Assembly: GCF_000175255.2 (NCBI RefSeq)
Contig: NC_017262.1
Coordinates: forward strand, 180,001-212,000
Direction: 5' to 3'
Length of the DNA: 32,000 bases
Source: Zymomonas mobilis subsp. mobilis ATCC 10988
GTDB lineage: Bacteria; Pseudomonadota; Alphaproteobacteria; Sphingomonadales; Sphingomonadaceae
In this document: in pieces, positions 1-9,915 of the stretch
Numbering within the stretch: the stretch's first letter is position 1
Layout: every line of letters starts with the position of its first letter
Notes under the pieces: generated by a model
Database searches by the model: none
The model's input: the letters and a program-made list of their open reading frames with translations, nothing else
Told to the model about the DNA's origin: nothing
Translations under genes and position numbers: made by a program

Positions 1-2
1 TG

Positions 3-245
3 CGTTCTGTGATCGGCATTGATAGATTACGGGTTGTTGGAGCAAATAGTTCGACAGGCCAAGGTACGTCTTTAGCAGCCGGAAAATATCTCTTCAAAAA
101 TGTGTATATGGAAGTGATTACCGATACTCATGGTTTTACAGCAACCCAGATCAGAATATCTTTGACCCGAACCCTGTCACTTCTAAGTGAAGCCAGTAGC
201 TTCGGGTCATCCAATGTCAGTTTGCGTTATTCAAAAGATTATTAG
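3..245 (+). CDS. C-terminal fragment of a larger unidentified protein (open to the left window edge); alternating polar/hydrophobic strands resemble a beta-rich or outer-membrane protein tail
   Basis: Frame is open from the window edge and the listed GTG at 9 is probably internal; convergent with astB, overlapping its stop by 4 nt. Confidence 0.4.
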   Translation, partial: RSVIGIDRLRVVGANSSTGQGTSLAAGKYLFKNVYMEVITDTHGFTATQIRISLTRTLSLLSEASSFGSSNVSLRYSKDY

Positions 246-1516
246 CCTAACCAACTGGTTAGAGCCCAATGCGCTCTGACCGCTGTTTTCCATAATTCAG
301 GAAGAACGAGGTCATCTGGCGTAATCTTTTCAGGCCAGAAATTTTCGACGAGTTGATAGAGCTTTTCCCATCTTTTCGGTGTCAAGATAAAGCGCTGATC
401 AACGGCGTCCAAAGCAGCTTTAGATAGTGGCACTCGCAATCGCAGGCAGGCAGGCCCTCCGCCATTTGCCATACTTTCACGGACATCGACCACAACTGCT
501 TTTTTAATTGGATTGTTACCGCTAATAATCCGGTTGACCGTTTCCAAAACTGCAGGATCGCTTTTTACTTCCTGAGGTAAAATAAGCGCCATTGTCCGGT
601 CTTTTAAGGTAACAATTTGGCTATTAAACAGATAGCTTTTAACGGCCTGTTCCAAAGTAATATTATCAATAATAATCGGAATAAAACCGTCAATTTTTTC
701 GGCTATCCGCTTTATCCATTCGCCTTGGTCTTCAAAAGCTTCGGCATGTGCTAGCAAGACATACTCATTAGCCACGGCGACGACATCATTGTGAAAAGCG
801 CCTTTAGCAATTGCCTCTTTTTTCTGAGGGATAAACCATGCCAAATCAGGTTTCACCTCTCCCAATCGAGCCACCGCCTGACTTGCCCGCAGTTTTTGTC
901 TTGCCGGATAAATATCGTTTTTCTCGCCATAGACAAAAATATTTATTCCAGTGCGCCCATGTGCTGAGGTAATTCGCATGTGGTTTGCGGCGCCCTCATC
1001 GCTGAAATGCTGTCCGCAAGGCAAGGGATGGTGCATAGCAAAGAAACAGCTATTGGAAAAAATTTGGTTTAGCTGAGCATAGGTTGTTTGCGCTTCCAGA
1101 TGACGATGTAGCATCGTTGCTAGATTAGCTGTTATAAAGTGAACACGGCCATCATGGCTGTCAAATTCAGAAATAACCGTTGCTGCATTGGCCGCCCACA
1201 TTGAAGAAGCAGAGCAAAGATTATTAAATAACAGCCGATCATCCTTCGCAGCTTGCTTCAAAATAGTCTTGTCATCACCTTTATAACCCAGATGGTGCAA
1301 CAAATGGGTAACGGGTCGTAGAGGAGGTAAAAACACCCCTTGAGTTAGCCCCATATCCATCAGGTGCTTCATTTTTTCTATTCCCTGAAGCGCCGCTTGC
1401 CGCGGATAGGATGGCTGACCAGCATGAAGGGCGCTGGCGACATTTCCCCGCGATAATCCCGCATAATTGTGGGTGGGACCGATCAAACCATCAAAATTCA
1501 CTTCAGAAACAATCAT
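242..1516 (-). CDS. astB: N-succinylarginine dihydrolase
   Basis: 424 aa; starts MIVSEVNFDGLIGPTHNYAGLS, typical AstB N-terminus; full-length. Confidence 0.93.
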   Translation of the reverse strand: MIVSEVNFDGLIGPTHNYAGLSRGNVASALHAGQPSYPRQAALQGIEKMKHLMDMGLTQGVFLPPLRPVTHLLHHLGYKGDDKTILKQAAKDDRLLFNNLCSASSMWAANAATVISEFDSHDGRVHFITANLATMLHRHLEAQTTYAQLNQIFSNSCFFAMHHPLPCGQHFSDEGAANHMRITSAHGRTGINIFVYGEKNDIYPARQKLRASQAVARLGEVKPDLAWFIPQKKEAIAKGAFHNDVVAVANEYVLLAHAEAFEDQGEWIKRIAEKIDGFIPIIIDNITLEQAVKSYLFNSQIVTLKDRTMALILPQEVKSDPAVLETVNRIISGNNPIKKAVVVDVRESMANGGGPACLRLRVPLSKAALDAVDQRFILTPKRWEKLYQLVENFWPEKITPDDLVLPELWKTAVRAHWALTSWLG

Positions 1517-1641
1517 GTTTTTTCCTTTTTTGGTCTATCAATGGCAATGCATTAAGTAGATTCTATCTGGAAAGACGCGGCGGAAGGGCTTTCGACCTAA
1601 ATTTTTAATCAAGATTGGTTTAAAGGTTAATAGGATATAAA

Positions 1642-2676
1642 ATGAAACCTGTTTTTATTGGTATCGCTGATACTAGATTATCAGATCAGGAAAAAAAGCT
1701 ATTCCGTCAATATGAACCTGCCGGTTATATTCTTTTTCAGAGAAATATTACAGACCGTACGCAGCTAAAGAAATTGACGGCAGATTTGAGAGCCAATAGC
1801 CAACAGAATATTCCAATTTTAATTGATCAGGAGGGGGGACGGGTCGCCAGAATGAAGCCGCCGGTCTGGCCAGCTTTTCCTGCCGCCGCCCGATTTGATG
1901 AGCTTTATCAGAAAGCGCCGGTTAGTGCGATTGAAGCTGTACGTGCCAATAGCCATGCACTGGCTTTATTATTACAGGATGTTGGCATCAATGTTGATTG
2001 TATGCCGTTATTGGACCTCCGTGATCCTGAAGGTGATAACATCATCGGAGATCGCTCTTTTGGTCATAATCCCGAACAAGTCGCAGCCTTAGGACGGGCG
2101 GTATTAGACGGGCTGGCAAAAGGCAGCGTTTGCGGCATTATTAAACATATTCCGGGACATGGCCAAGCCAAAGTGGACAGTCACAAAGCCTTGCCAGTGG
2201 TTGATAGTCCTATCGAAATATTGGAACGGGATATCAGGCCTTTTCAACATTTACGTAATGCGAAAATGGCGATGACCGCCCATATTATTTATCAGGCATG
2301 GGATGAGGAAAGCTGCGCCAGCTATTCTTCAAAAATTATCCACGATATTATTCGCAAAAAAATCGGTTTTGAAGGTCTTCTTATGTCCGACGATATCGGC
2401 ATGAATGCTCTGGATGGTGATCCGGTAACACGGGCGCTACGCGTTTTTGATGCCGGTTGCGATATAGCGCTCCATTGCTCCGGAAAATTCGATGAGATGA
2501 AAGCTATTTTAGAAAATATGGATGAGATCAGACCAGAAAGCTTTGCTGCCTTGGAAAAGGTAACCAATGAATTTTCAAGCGCTTCTGATTTTGATTTGGA
2601 TAGAGCAGAGAATAAAGCTCTTTTTGATCGCTGCATTGCCGAGCGCGATGCTTTATTTCTAGAAGCAGCAGTCTAG
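1642..2676 (+). CDS. nagZ: Beta-N-acetylhexosaminidase (glycoside hydrolase family 3, NagZ)
   Basis: 344 aa; GYILFQRNI, IDQEGGRVARM, KHIPGHGQAKVDSH and nucleophile-region MSDDIGM motifs. Confidence 0.93.
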   Translation: MKPVFIGIADTRLSDQEKKLFRQYEPAGYILFQRNITDRTQLKKLTADLRANSQQNIPILIDQEGGRVARMKPPVWPAFPAAARFDELYQKAPVSAIEAVRANSHALALLLQDVGINVDCMPLLDLRDPEGDNIIGDRSFGHNPEQVAALGRAVLDGLAKGSVCGIIKHIPGHGQAKVDSHKALPVVDSPIEILERDIRPFQHLRNAKMAMTAHIIYQAWDEESCASYSSKIIHDIIRKKIGFEGLLMSDDIGMNALDGDPVTRALRVFDAGCDIALHCSGKFDEMKAILENMDEIRPESFAALEKVTNEFSSASDFDLDRAENKALFDRCIAERDALFLEAAV

Positions 2677-2981
2677 TCCTCCATTAAAGGCACTGAAAAA
2701 ACGGACAACAGCGGTTTTTCCAAAAACCTTTTGAACATACTGGCAAAATCCTGAAAAATATCACTTTTTTCATGTGCCAAAAAGGCGGCATGATCTTGCC
2801 AACGCTCATTCAGAATAAAGCGGGGTGGCTGGCTTTTGTCATATCCAATATGGAAAGCCAGATAGCCTTCTTCTGTTTTTGATTGGTCGGCATAATGAAG
2901 CAAAGCCTGCTGAAGAGCTTCCTGTTGATCGGCCTTAGCCGTTAGAATGGTGGTAATATCAAACTCGGCTGTCATATTCAT
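2673..2981 (-). CDS. Antibiotic biosynthesis monooxygenase (ABM) domain / putative quinol monooxygenase family protein
   Basis: 102 aa small dimeric ferredoxin-like barrel pattern (TAKADQQEALQQALL..., GYLAFHIGYDKSQPPRFILNERWQDHAAFLAHEKSD). Confidence 0.75.
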   Translation of the reverse strand: MNMTAEFDITTILTAKADQQEALQQALLHYADQSKTEEGYLAFHIGYDKSQPPRFILNERWQDHAAFLAHEKSDIFQDFASMFKRFLEKPLLSVFSVPLMED

Positions 2982-3027
2982 ATTCCATCTGAAAAAATAT
3001 GTTTACCTATCTGTAATCATAGAATTT

Positions 3028-3888
3028 TTAAAATTTTAGCCCTGAAAGAATTAAAGCGCCGTCTAAAGCATCACCTTGGGATGGACTTAATTTACAGGAA
3101 ATATGGTTTGAAAGCCATGGCATAAAGGGGGCAGCCAATCCGCCCATCAAACAGCAGCGCGCTACCCCTTTTTGAAAAATGACTTCAATAAAATTTTCGA
3201 TATAGGCAACGGCCTTTTGGATAATAGAATAGGCGACAGGATCACCCTCTATGCCAGCTTCTATAACCCAAGGGGCAAAAAGAGCGTAATCTGTTGCTGT
3301 TGCGGCATCCATCCATGCGACCAATCCTAATATATCATCTGAAAAATGATGGATAACCCTTTCTGTAAAAATAGTTTTTTGAATACGACCATCATAAGCT
3401 CTTAGGCTATGCCGAATAGATTCCAAGCCTAACCATGCGCCACTGGCTTCATCGGAAATAGGGAATCCATACCCGCCTAATGTTTCGCTTTTTCCGTCTA
3501 TTCGGATATGGGCAATGCTGCCGGTGCCTAATATAAGAATGGCACCGTCATGCCCCCGATGCGCGCCAATATTAGCAATTTCATCATCACCAGTATAGCG
3601 TATTGCAGCAAAAGGAGATGGCATTTCTTCAAGGGCTCGTTGTAGACCCGGACGAGAAAGGCCAGCGATTCCAAAAGCGGCATGGACAGATGACCAGTCG
3701 TTTTTATTCAAGCCAGCCTCTTGGCAAGCCAGTTCAGTCACTTGCATCAACAAAGGCCAAAGATTGGCAATTCCGATACGGGCATTGGCTGCCCCGATTT
3801 CTGCGCTACCAAGAATACGGCCATTCTGATCGGTCAAGCGTGACCGGCAATGACTTCCTCCAGCATCAACCCCCAAAAAATAGACCAT
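3028..3888 (-). CDS. BadF/BadG/BcrA/BcrD-type ATPase, probable N-acetylglucosamine kinase
   Basis: MVYFLGVDAGGSHCRSRLTD phosphate-binding motif; ILGTGSIAHI motif. The provided ORF extends to 3948, but homologous-looking sequence begins at the internal Met at 3888. Confidence 0.8.
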   Translation of the reverse strand: MVYFLGVDAGGSHCRSRLTDQNGRILGSAEIGAANARIGIANLWPLLMQVTELACQEAGLNKNDWSSVHAAFGIAGLSRPGLQRALEEMPSPFAAIRYTGDDEIANIGAHRGHDGAILILGTGSIAHIRIDGKSETLGGYGFPISDEASGAWLGLESIRHSLRAYDGRIQKTIFTERVIHHFSDDILGLVAWMDAATATDYALFAPWVIEAGIEGDPVAYSIIQKAVAYIENFIEVIFQKGVARCCLMGGLAAPFMPWLSNHISCKLSPSQGDALDGALILSGLKF

Positions 3889-4086
3889 TTCAGAATTCCA
3901 CTGATTAGATTTGACCCTTTGATTGCGATTAAATCGCGATAAATCCAAGATATTACAGCTCGTTGCCAGAAATTTTTCAAAATCTGTTGGTTCTTGTCAC
4001 CTTATTTATGAATCTGTTTTTTTGAATTAGGTATTTTCTTTTTCTTTTTGACATTTAAGCTGGCGGGTCAATTTCAGGGAGGGGTT

Positions 4087-6042
4087 ATGTCTCGATTAAA
4101 GCTCAGTGTAAATTTATCAGCTATGAAAAAATATCTGATGCGAGGTAGTGTCGTTGCCTCGCTGACCTCCATTCTAGCGATACCAGCCTTATCCTCTGCA
4201 CCGGACAAGACGATTTGGCCAGAAAATGGCGATATCGCGATGCATTTTTCGGCACCGACTGCGCATTATGATTATGAAAAGCAGGAGGTCATGATCCCGA
4301 TGCGAGATGGTGTTAAATTACACACTGTCATTGTTGTTCCGAAAAACGGTCGTAACCTTCCTATCCTGTTAACGCGAACGCCCTATGATGCGTCTAGTCG
4401 AACAAGCCGCAGTGATAGCCCCTCTATGCTGGCAACCTTACCAGAGGGAGATGAGGTTTTTGTCCGTGACGGGTATATTCGTGTTTTTCAGGATGTGCGG
4501 GGCAAATATGGTTCCGAAGGTGTCTATGTCGTCACTCGTCCGCCCGTTGGTGATTTAAACCCGACCAAAGTCGATCATACAACCGATGCGTGGGATACGA
4601 TTGAATGGCTGACCAAACATATTCCTGAAAGCAATGGTCGTGTTGGTATGATTGGTTCTTCTTATGAAGGATTTACCGTTGTCGCGGCCTTGCTTAATCC
4701 ACATCCTGCGTTGAAAGTTGCCGCACCGGAAAGCCCGATGGTTGATGGCTGGATGGGGGATGACTGGTTCCATTACGGCGCGTTCCGACAGGCGGCTTTT
4801 GACTATTTTCTCCGGCAAATGACCGCAAAAGGGACAGGTGCACCGCCTGTCCATGGTGCTTATGATGATTACAAGGCTTTCCTTGAAACCGGATCGGCAG
4901 GCAATTGGGCAAAAAAAGAAGGTATTGACCAAATTCCTTGGTGGCAACGTCTAAGCATCCATCCGGCTTATGATAAATTCTGGCAAGGGCAGGCTTTAGA
5001 TCAGTTAGTGGCCGCGCATCCTTCTCATGTCCCAACCATGTGGATTCAAGGACTCTGGGATCAGGAAGACATGTGGGGCGCTATCCATAGCTTTGAATCT
5101 TTAAAAAATGCAGGCCATATTGATACCAATTATCTGGTGATGGGGCCTTGGCGGCATAGTCAGGTCAATTATAACGGTTCTTCATTGGGGGCTTTACATT
5201 GGGATGGGGATACCGCGCTCCAATTCCGGCGTGATACATTGCTGCCTTTCTTTAACCGCTATCTGAAAGATAAACAGCCAGCAGAAGAAACACCCAAAGC
5301 CTTGATTTATAATACCGGCGAAAATCATTGGGATAAATTGAATGACTGGCAAACGGACAAGGAAAAGCAACTCACACCGCTTTATTTACAGGCACAATCA
5401 GCTTTATCCTTTACCAAGCCGACATCTGGTAATGCCCCTTCGGATCAATATATTTCTGACCCTAAAAAGCCGGTGCCTTATCTGCCAACACCAATCACCT
5501 TTGCCGATACAACACGTTGGAAACAATGGTTGGTCGAAGATCAGCGCTTTGCCGCCAGCCGTCCTGATGTTTTGACCTATGAGACACCGGTTCTTGATCA
5601 TCCCGTAAAATTAAGAGGTGCGCCTTTCGCCAATCTTTTAGCAGCAACGACTGGAAGTGATGTTGATTGGGTGGTGAAGTTGATTGACGTTTATCCCGAT
5701 GAGATGCCCTCTGATCCCAAAATGGGAGGATATCAACTGGCGATCAGCATGGATATTTTCAGAGGCCGTTATCGCAACAGTTTTGAGAAGCCGTCACCCG
5801 TGCCAGCCGGAAAAGTCCAACAATATCGCTTCCGTTTACCGGTTGTTGATCATGTTTTTCTGCCGGGGCATCGGATTATGGTTCAAATTCAGTCAAGCCT
5901 TTTCCCGCTTTATGATCGTAATCCGCAGCGTTATGTCGAAAATATTATGTTCGCCAAGCCTTCTGATTATGCGGCAACCGTAGAAACGGTTATGCATTCA
6001 CCGGATCAGGCAAGCTCGGTTGAATTGCCGATTATCCCATAA
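4087..6042 (+). CDS. CocE/NonD family alpha/beta hydrolase (X-Pro dipeptidyl-peptidase / glutaryl-7-ACA acylase / alpha-amino acid ester hydrolase type), likely exported
   Basis: IPMRDGVKLHTVIVVPK, TRTPYDA, GMIGSSYEGFT nucleophile elbow; AGGGGTT SD before ATG at 4087; N-terminal signal-like segment. The provided ORF starts at 4048. Confidence 0.85.
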   Translation: MSRLKLSVNLSAMKKYLMRGSVVASLTSILAIPALSSAPDKTIWPENGDIAMHFSAPTAHYDYEKQEVMIPMRDGVKLHTVIVVPKNGRNLPILLTRTPYDASSRTSRSDSPSMLATLPEGDEVFVRDGYIRVFQDVRGKYGSEGVYVVTRPPVGDLNPTKVDHTTDAWDTIEWLTKHIPESNGRVGMIGSSYEGFTVVAALLNPHPALKVAAPESPMVDGWMGDDWFHYGAFRQAAFDYFLRQMTAKGTGAPPVHGAYDDYKAFLETGSAGNWAKKEGIDQIPWWQRLSIHPAYDKFWQGQALDQLVAAHPSHVPTMWIQGLWDQEDMWGAIHSFESLKNAGHIDTNYLVMGPWRHSQVNYNGSSLGALHWDGDTALQFRRDTLLPFFNRYLKDKQPAEETPKALIYNTGENHWDKLNDWQTDKEKQLTPLYLQAQSALSFTKPTSGNAPSDQYISDPKKPVPYLPTPITFADTTRWKQWLVEDQRFAASRPDVLTYETPVLDHPVKLRGAPFANLLAATTGSDVDWVVKLIDVYPDEMPSDPKMGGYQLAISMDIFRGRYRNSFEKPSPVPAGKVQQYRFRLPVVDHVFLPGHRIMVQIQSSLFPLYDRNPQRYVENIMFAKPSDYAATVETVMHSPDQASSVELPIIP

Positions 6043-6060
6043 ATCTTTGAGAATAAATCC

Positions 6061-6097
6061 ACTACTGGGGAAGCTGTTTTTCAGCTTTCTCGGTAGT
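6061..6097 (+). terminator. Long hairpin downstream of the CocE-type hydrolase gene (terminator-like, poor U-tract)
   Basis: ACTACTGGGGAAGCTG-TTTTT-CAGCTTTCTCGGTAGT pairs over 16 bp with 3 G:U wobbles. Confidence 0.55.
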
Positions 6098-6156
6098 AGA
6101 AAAACAAGTTTTAAATTCTGTCAGTTAAGACTTGCTATTCTGTTTCTGCTCTCTAT

Positions 6157-6171
6157 GTTCACCTTATGTTC
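6157..6171 (+). promoter_or_regulatory. Alphaproteobacterial LexA (SOS) box upstream of recA
   Basis: GTTC-ACCTTAT-GTTC, exact GTTC-N7-GTTC direct repeat about 90 bp before the recA start. Confidence 0.85.
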
Positions 6172-6259
6172 TTCATGCTGTTCCGGTATATTCGACGCAA
6201 TCCTGACATTATGCCGGTTGATGCCTTAAGAGAGACGTTATAGGAGAAGGGGGGTAGCG

Positions 6260-7324
6260 ATGGCTCCGCAAAATAAGGTTACGACTTCCGGTAAGGATAA
6301 TAATATGGACAAGCAAAAAGCCCTTGAAGCGGCTTTGGCTCAGATTGACCGCGCTTTTGGTAAAGGTTCGGTTATGCGCTTGGGGTCTCGTGAAAAAATC
6401 GAGATTGATACAATTTCCAGCGGATCACTTGGCCTTGATATTGCGCTGGGCATTGGTGGCTTGCCCCGTGGCCGTATCGTCGAAATCTATGGTCCTGAAA
6501 GCTCGGGTAAAACAACTTTAGCCCTCCATGCTATCGCTGAAGCACAAAAAGCAGGTGGAACAGCGGCCTTTGTCGATGCTGAACATGCGCTTGATCCGGT
6601 CTATGCCAAAAAACTGGGCGTTAATACGGATGATCTAATCGTCTCTCAGCCTGATACGGGTGAGCAGGCTCTGGAAATTACAGATACCCTGATCCGTTCT
6701 AACGCTGTTGATATATTGGTTGTCGATTCTGTTGCGGCCTTAACGCCTCGCGCTGAAATCGAAGGCGAAATGGGCGATAGTCACGTTGGTTTGCAAGCCC
6801 GTTTGATGAGTCAGGCGCTTCGCAAAATTACCGGCTCAATCAACCGCTCTCAAACTTTGGTTATTTTTATTAACCAAGTCCGGATGAAAATCGGGGTTAT
6901 GTATGGCAACCCTGAAACGACAACGGGCGGTAACGCTCTGAAATTCTATGCCAGCGTTCGGCTTGATATCCGTCGTGTAGGACAAATTAAAGATCGCGAT
7001 GAAATCGTTGGTAATGCCACCCGTGTCAAAGTGGTAAAAAACAAGCTGGCTCCGCCTTTCAAGCAGGTTGAATTCGATATCATGTATGGAGAAGGTGTCT
7101 CCAAGATGGGCGAAATTCTCGATCTAGGCGTAAAGGCCGGTATTATCGACAAGTCAGGTTCATGGTTCAGTCATGATTCCGTTCGCATCGGTCAGGGACG
7201 TGAAAATGCCAAAACGTTCTTGCGTGAACATCCTGAAATGACTGAAAAAATTGAAAAAATGATTCGTCATAATACGGCTGAAATTGCCGACGAAATGCTG
7301 GATCCATCTATCCCTGAAGATTAG
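6260..7324 (+). CDS. recA: Recombinase RecA
   Basis: 354 aa; [14 protein letters not shown] Walker A, full RecA core; an alternative start at 6305 ([11 protein letters not shown]) is possible. Confidence 0.98.
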   Translation: MAPQNKVTTSGKDNNMDKQKALEAALAQIDRAFGKGSVMRLGSREKIEIDTISSGSLGLDIALGIGGLPRGRIVEIYGPESSGKTTLALHAIAEAQKAGGTAAFVDAEHALDPVYAKKLGVNTDDLIVSQPDTGEQALEITDTLIRSNAVDILVVDSVAALTPRAEIEGEMGDSHVGLQARLMSQALRKITGSINRSQTLVIFINQVRMKIGVMYGNPETTTGGNALKFYASVRLDIRRVGQIKDRDEIVGNATRVKVVKNKLAPPFKQVEFDIMYGEGVSKMGEILDLGVKAGIIDKSGSWFSHDSVRIGQGRENAKTFLREHPEMTEKIEKMIRHNTAEIADEMLDPSIPED

Positions 7325-7351
7325 GTTTTTGACCAAAAATCTAATCTTGAA

Positions 7352-7380
7352 AAGAGGTCAGTTTTATCTGGCCTCTTTTT
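7352..7380 (+). terminator. Rho-independent terminator of recA
   Basis: AAGAGGTCAG-TTTTAT-CTGGCCTCTT followed by TTTT. Confidence 0.9.
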
Positions 7381-7401
7381 TGTATTGGATTCATCAGTAA
7401 A

Positions 7402-8247
7402 ATGGAAAAGATCAGCATCATTAAAAAATGCCTTGAAGCTGCATATTCAGGGCTAAAAACGGTCATTGATTATGCCTTACCGCCACGCTGCCCAAATTGT
7501 GGCGCGGTCATTCTGGCTGATCATAGTTTTTGTGTTGAATGTTGGCAATCTCTTCACTTCTTGGTTGAGCCTGCCTGTATTCAATGCGGATTTCCTCTGC
7601 CGAGAGATCAACAATATGAGCCTCTTTGTGGCCGTTGTTTACAGCATCCACCTTCTTTTGATCGGATGAATGCCGCTGTAGCTTATGATGAAATTTCGAA
7701 GCAGCTTATCTTGCGTTGTAAATATGGCAAGCAAACCATGCTAGCGCGCGATATGGCCAAATTGATGATGCGTTTTTTGCCTATAAAGAGCAACATCAAG
7801 GCCATTCAGAACAATCTTTTAGCAGATAAAAACTGCCCGCCGAATATGTCGTCATCTTCGCCCCAAACACCTTTAATCATACCTGTGCCCCTTCATCGTT
7901 GGAGGCTGTGGCAGCGCGGCTTCAATCAGGCAGCTTTGATCGGGCAATATCTCGCTAAGGCCAGCGGCTATGACTATGATTGCGATAGCTTATATCGCCG
8001 TCATTCCACAAAACCACTAGGGCATTTAACGCCTAAACAACGCCATCAAATGGTAAAAAATGCTTTTGGCCTACGGATCGGAAAAAAAGACAGACCATTA
8101 GCAGGTCGCGATATTATTTTGATCGATGATGTTTTTACCAGCGGTGCAACGACAGAAAGCTGCGCTCGCTTGCTAAAAACGGCTGGGGTAAAATCAGTTC
8201 ATGTCTTATGCTGGGCAAGGGTTATCCCGAAAGATGATTTTTTATAA
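7402..8247 (+). CDS. ComF family protein (double zinc ribbon plus phosphoribosyltransferase-like domain)
   Basis: 281 aa; CPNCGAVIL...CVECW...CIQCGFPL...CGRC cysteine pairs; PVPLHRWRLWQRGFNQA and IILIDDVFTSGAT PRPP-type motif. Confidence 0.9.
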   Translation: MEKISIIKKCLEAAYSGLKTVIDYALPPRCPNCGAVILADHSFCVECWQSLHFLVEPACIQCGFPLPRDQQYEPLCGRCLQHPPSFDRMNAAVAYDEISKQLILRCKYGKQTMLARDMAKLMMRFLPIKSNIKAIQNNLLADKNCPPNMSSSSPQTPLIIPVPLHRWRLWQRGFNQAALIGQYLAKASGYDYDCDSLYRRHSTKPLGHLTPKQRHQMVKNAFGLRIGKKDRPLAGRDIILIDDVFTSGATTESCARLLKTAGVKSVHVLCWARVIPKDDFL

Positions 8248-8332
8248 AAACGAAAAAACAAGTCGTTTCACGGTTATTCAAACAGACTTTTCAGATAGCC
8301 CATTAGAATAACCGCTTTTTCAGCTTGGTTCT

Positions 8333-9028
8333 TTATTCTTCATCTGTATCCAAGGCATAACCAGCGGAACGGACTGTCCTGATAAGATCTGGCAAGCCGT
8401 CCCGATTTAAAGCTTTCCGAAGACGACGGATATGAACATCAACAGTCCTTAATTCGATGTCACTATCCTGCCCCCAGATATAATCCAGAAGCTTTTCTCG
8501 CGAAAAGACGCGTCTTGGATATTCCATCAAATGCCTTAAGAGACGAAATTCCGTCGGGCCTATCGAAACATTTGTGCCAGCTCGTTTGACGCGATGACTG
8601 ACCAAATCCATTTCTATATCATTATAGGTCAATTGTTCTTTGCTAAGGGCGGGGCGGATGCGACGCAACACAGCAAGCACTCTTGCAACCAGCTCACGAG
8701 GTGAAAAAGGCTTGGTGACATAATCATCCGCACCGGTTTCAAGTCCTCTAATCCGGTCATCTTCTTCGCCCCGCGCCGTCAGCATAATAATCGGAAGATT
8801 AGCCGTTTCTGGATAACGCCGTAACTGCCGACAGACTTCGATCCCCGAAGTGCCTTCTACCATCCAGTCAAGAAGCATAATATCGGGCGGATTTTCCCGC
8901 GCCAATAATAAGGCTTCATCCCCATCTCGCGTATGAACAACTTCAAAATTTTGCTTGCTAAAATGCCATTTCAGTAATTCGGCAAGAGCATCGTCATCTT
9001 CAACGAGTAGTAGCCGTAAAGCGGCCAT
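8333..9028 (-). CDS. phoB: Phosphate regulon response regulator PhoB
   Basis: 231 aa; receiver domain (DWMVEGTSGIEVCRQLR) plus winged-helix C-terminus (RVKRAGTNVSIGPTEFRLLRHLM...VDVHIRRLRKAL). Confidence 0.9.
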   Translation of the reverse strand: MAALRLLLVEDDDALAELLKWHFSKQNFEVVHTRDGDEALLLARENPPDIMLLDWMVEGTSGIEVCRQLRRYPETANLPIIMLTARGEEDDRIRGLETGADDYVTKPFSPRELVARVLAVLRRIRPALSKEQLTYNDIEMDLVSHRVKRAGTNVSIGPTEFRLLRHLMEYPRRVFSREKLLDYIWGQDSDIELRTVDVHIRRLRKALNRDGLPDLIRTVRSAGYALDTDEE

Positions 9029-9741
9029 TAGCTACCCTCCGATGCCAGCAAATCTTTACCACGCGTTCTTTCCGGCATTTGCTTGCCGGTAGCCGCAAAA
9101 TACACCATTTCCGCAATATTTGTGGCATGATCCCCAATGCGTTCCAGATTTTTGGCGATAAACATCAGGTGGATACAAGTGCTTATTCTGCCAGAATCTT
9201 CCATCATATAAGTCAAAAGGATACGGAATAAATTATTATATAACCCGTCAACTTCCATATCATATTCTGCGACATGCAATGCCTTTTTCGGATCTCTTGC
9301 CGCATAAGCATCCAACACATTGCGCACCATTTCCGAAACCATTTCTCCCATAACTGGCAACACCGGCACGGGATGGATCGAAACCATATTTTGCAATATC
9401 GGGACACGTTTAGCGATATTCTTGGCGTAATCAGCCATACGTTCAAGAATACCTGAAATCTTCATCGCAGCGATAACATCGCGCAGATCGTCAGCAAGAG
9501 GCGCTCGCAGAGAAATAATACGCATAGCCACACGTTCGGCTTCTATTTCCAGCGCATCAATTTCCTTGTCTTTTTCAACGATCTGGGCGGCCAATTCTTT
9601 ATTGCTATGGATCAAGGCTTCCAATGTCGAGGTTAAGGCAATTTCCGTCAGCCCTCCCATCTCGCAGATCAGAGCACGCAACCCGCCAAGGTCTTCATCA
9701 AAAGCTTTTACTGTATGACCGATTTCCGATGCTTTTTTCAT
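9028..9741 (-). CDS. phoU: Phosphate signalling complex protein PhoU
   Basis: 237 aa; helical repeats with NIAKR and ERIGDHATNIAE motifs; overlaps phoB by 1 nt. Confidence 0.92.
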   Translation of the reverse strand: MKKASEIGHTVKAFDEDLGGLRALICEMGGLTEIALTSTLEALIHSNKELAAQIVEKDKEIDALEIEAERVAMRIISLRAPLADDLRDVIAAMKISGILERMADYAKNIAKRVPILQNMVSIHPVPVLPVMGEMVSEMVRNVLDAYAARDPKKALHVAEYDMEVDGLYNNLFRILLTYMMEDSGRISTCIHLMFIAKNLERIGDHATNIAEMVYFAATGKQMPERTRGKDLLASEGS

Positions 9742-9897
9742 ATTATCCTCAAGGCATTAAAACGCTTTAATCGAGATGATAACAGCGTTTTTCTTTTTTT
9801 TCCGCAGAGAAAGCACATAAACGATCAAAATTATCCTTATGATCCATTCTTGATTTTACTTTGTCTTTTGATGACTAAAAGTTTTTACCCCCTGTCA

Positions 9898-9915
9898 ATG
9901 ACAGGAAAGTGACAT
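9898..9915 (-). promoter_or_regulatory. PHO box (PhoB-binding site) candidate for phoU-phoB
   Basis: Minus strand reads ATGTCAC-TTTC-CTGTCAT: two 7-mers with a 4-nt spacer (11-bp period); a further ATGTCAC unit lies exactly 22 bp away (9931-9937). Confidence 0.8.

Noticed and set aside
4555-4947. 130-aa minus-strand ORF
   Set aside because: Antisense to the CocE-type hydrolase; no motif or SD support.
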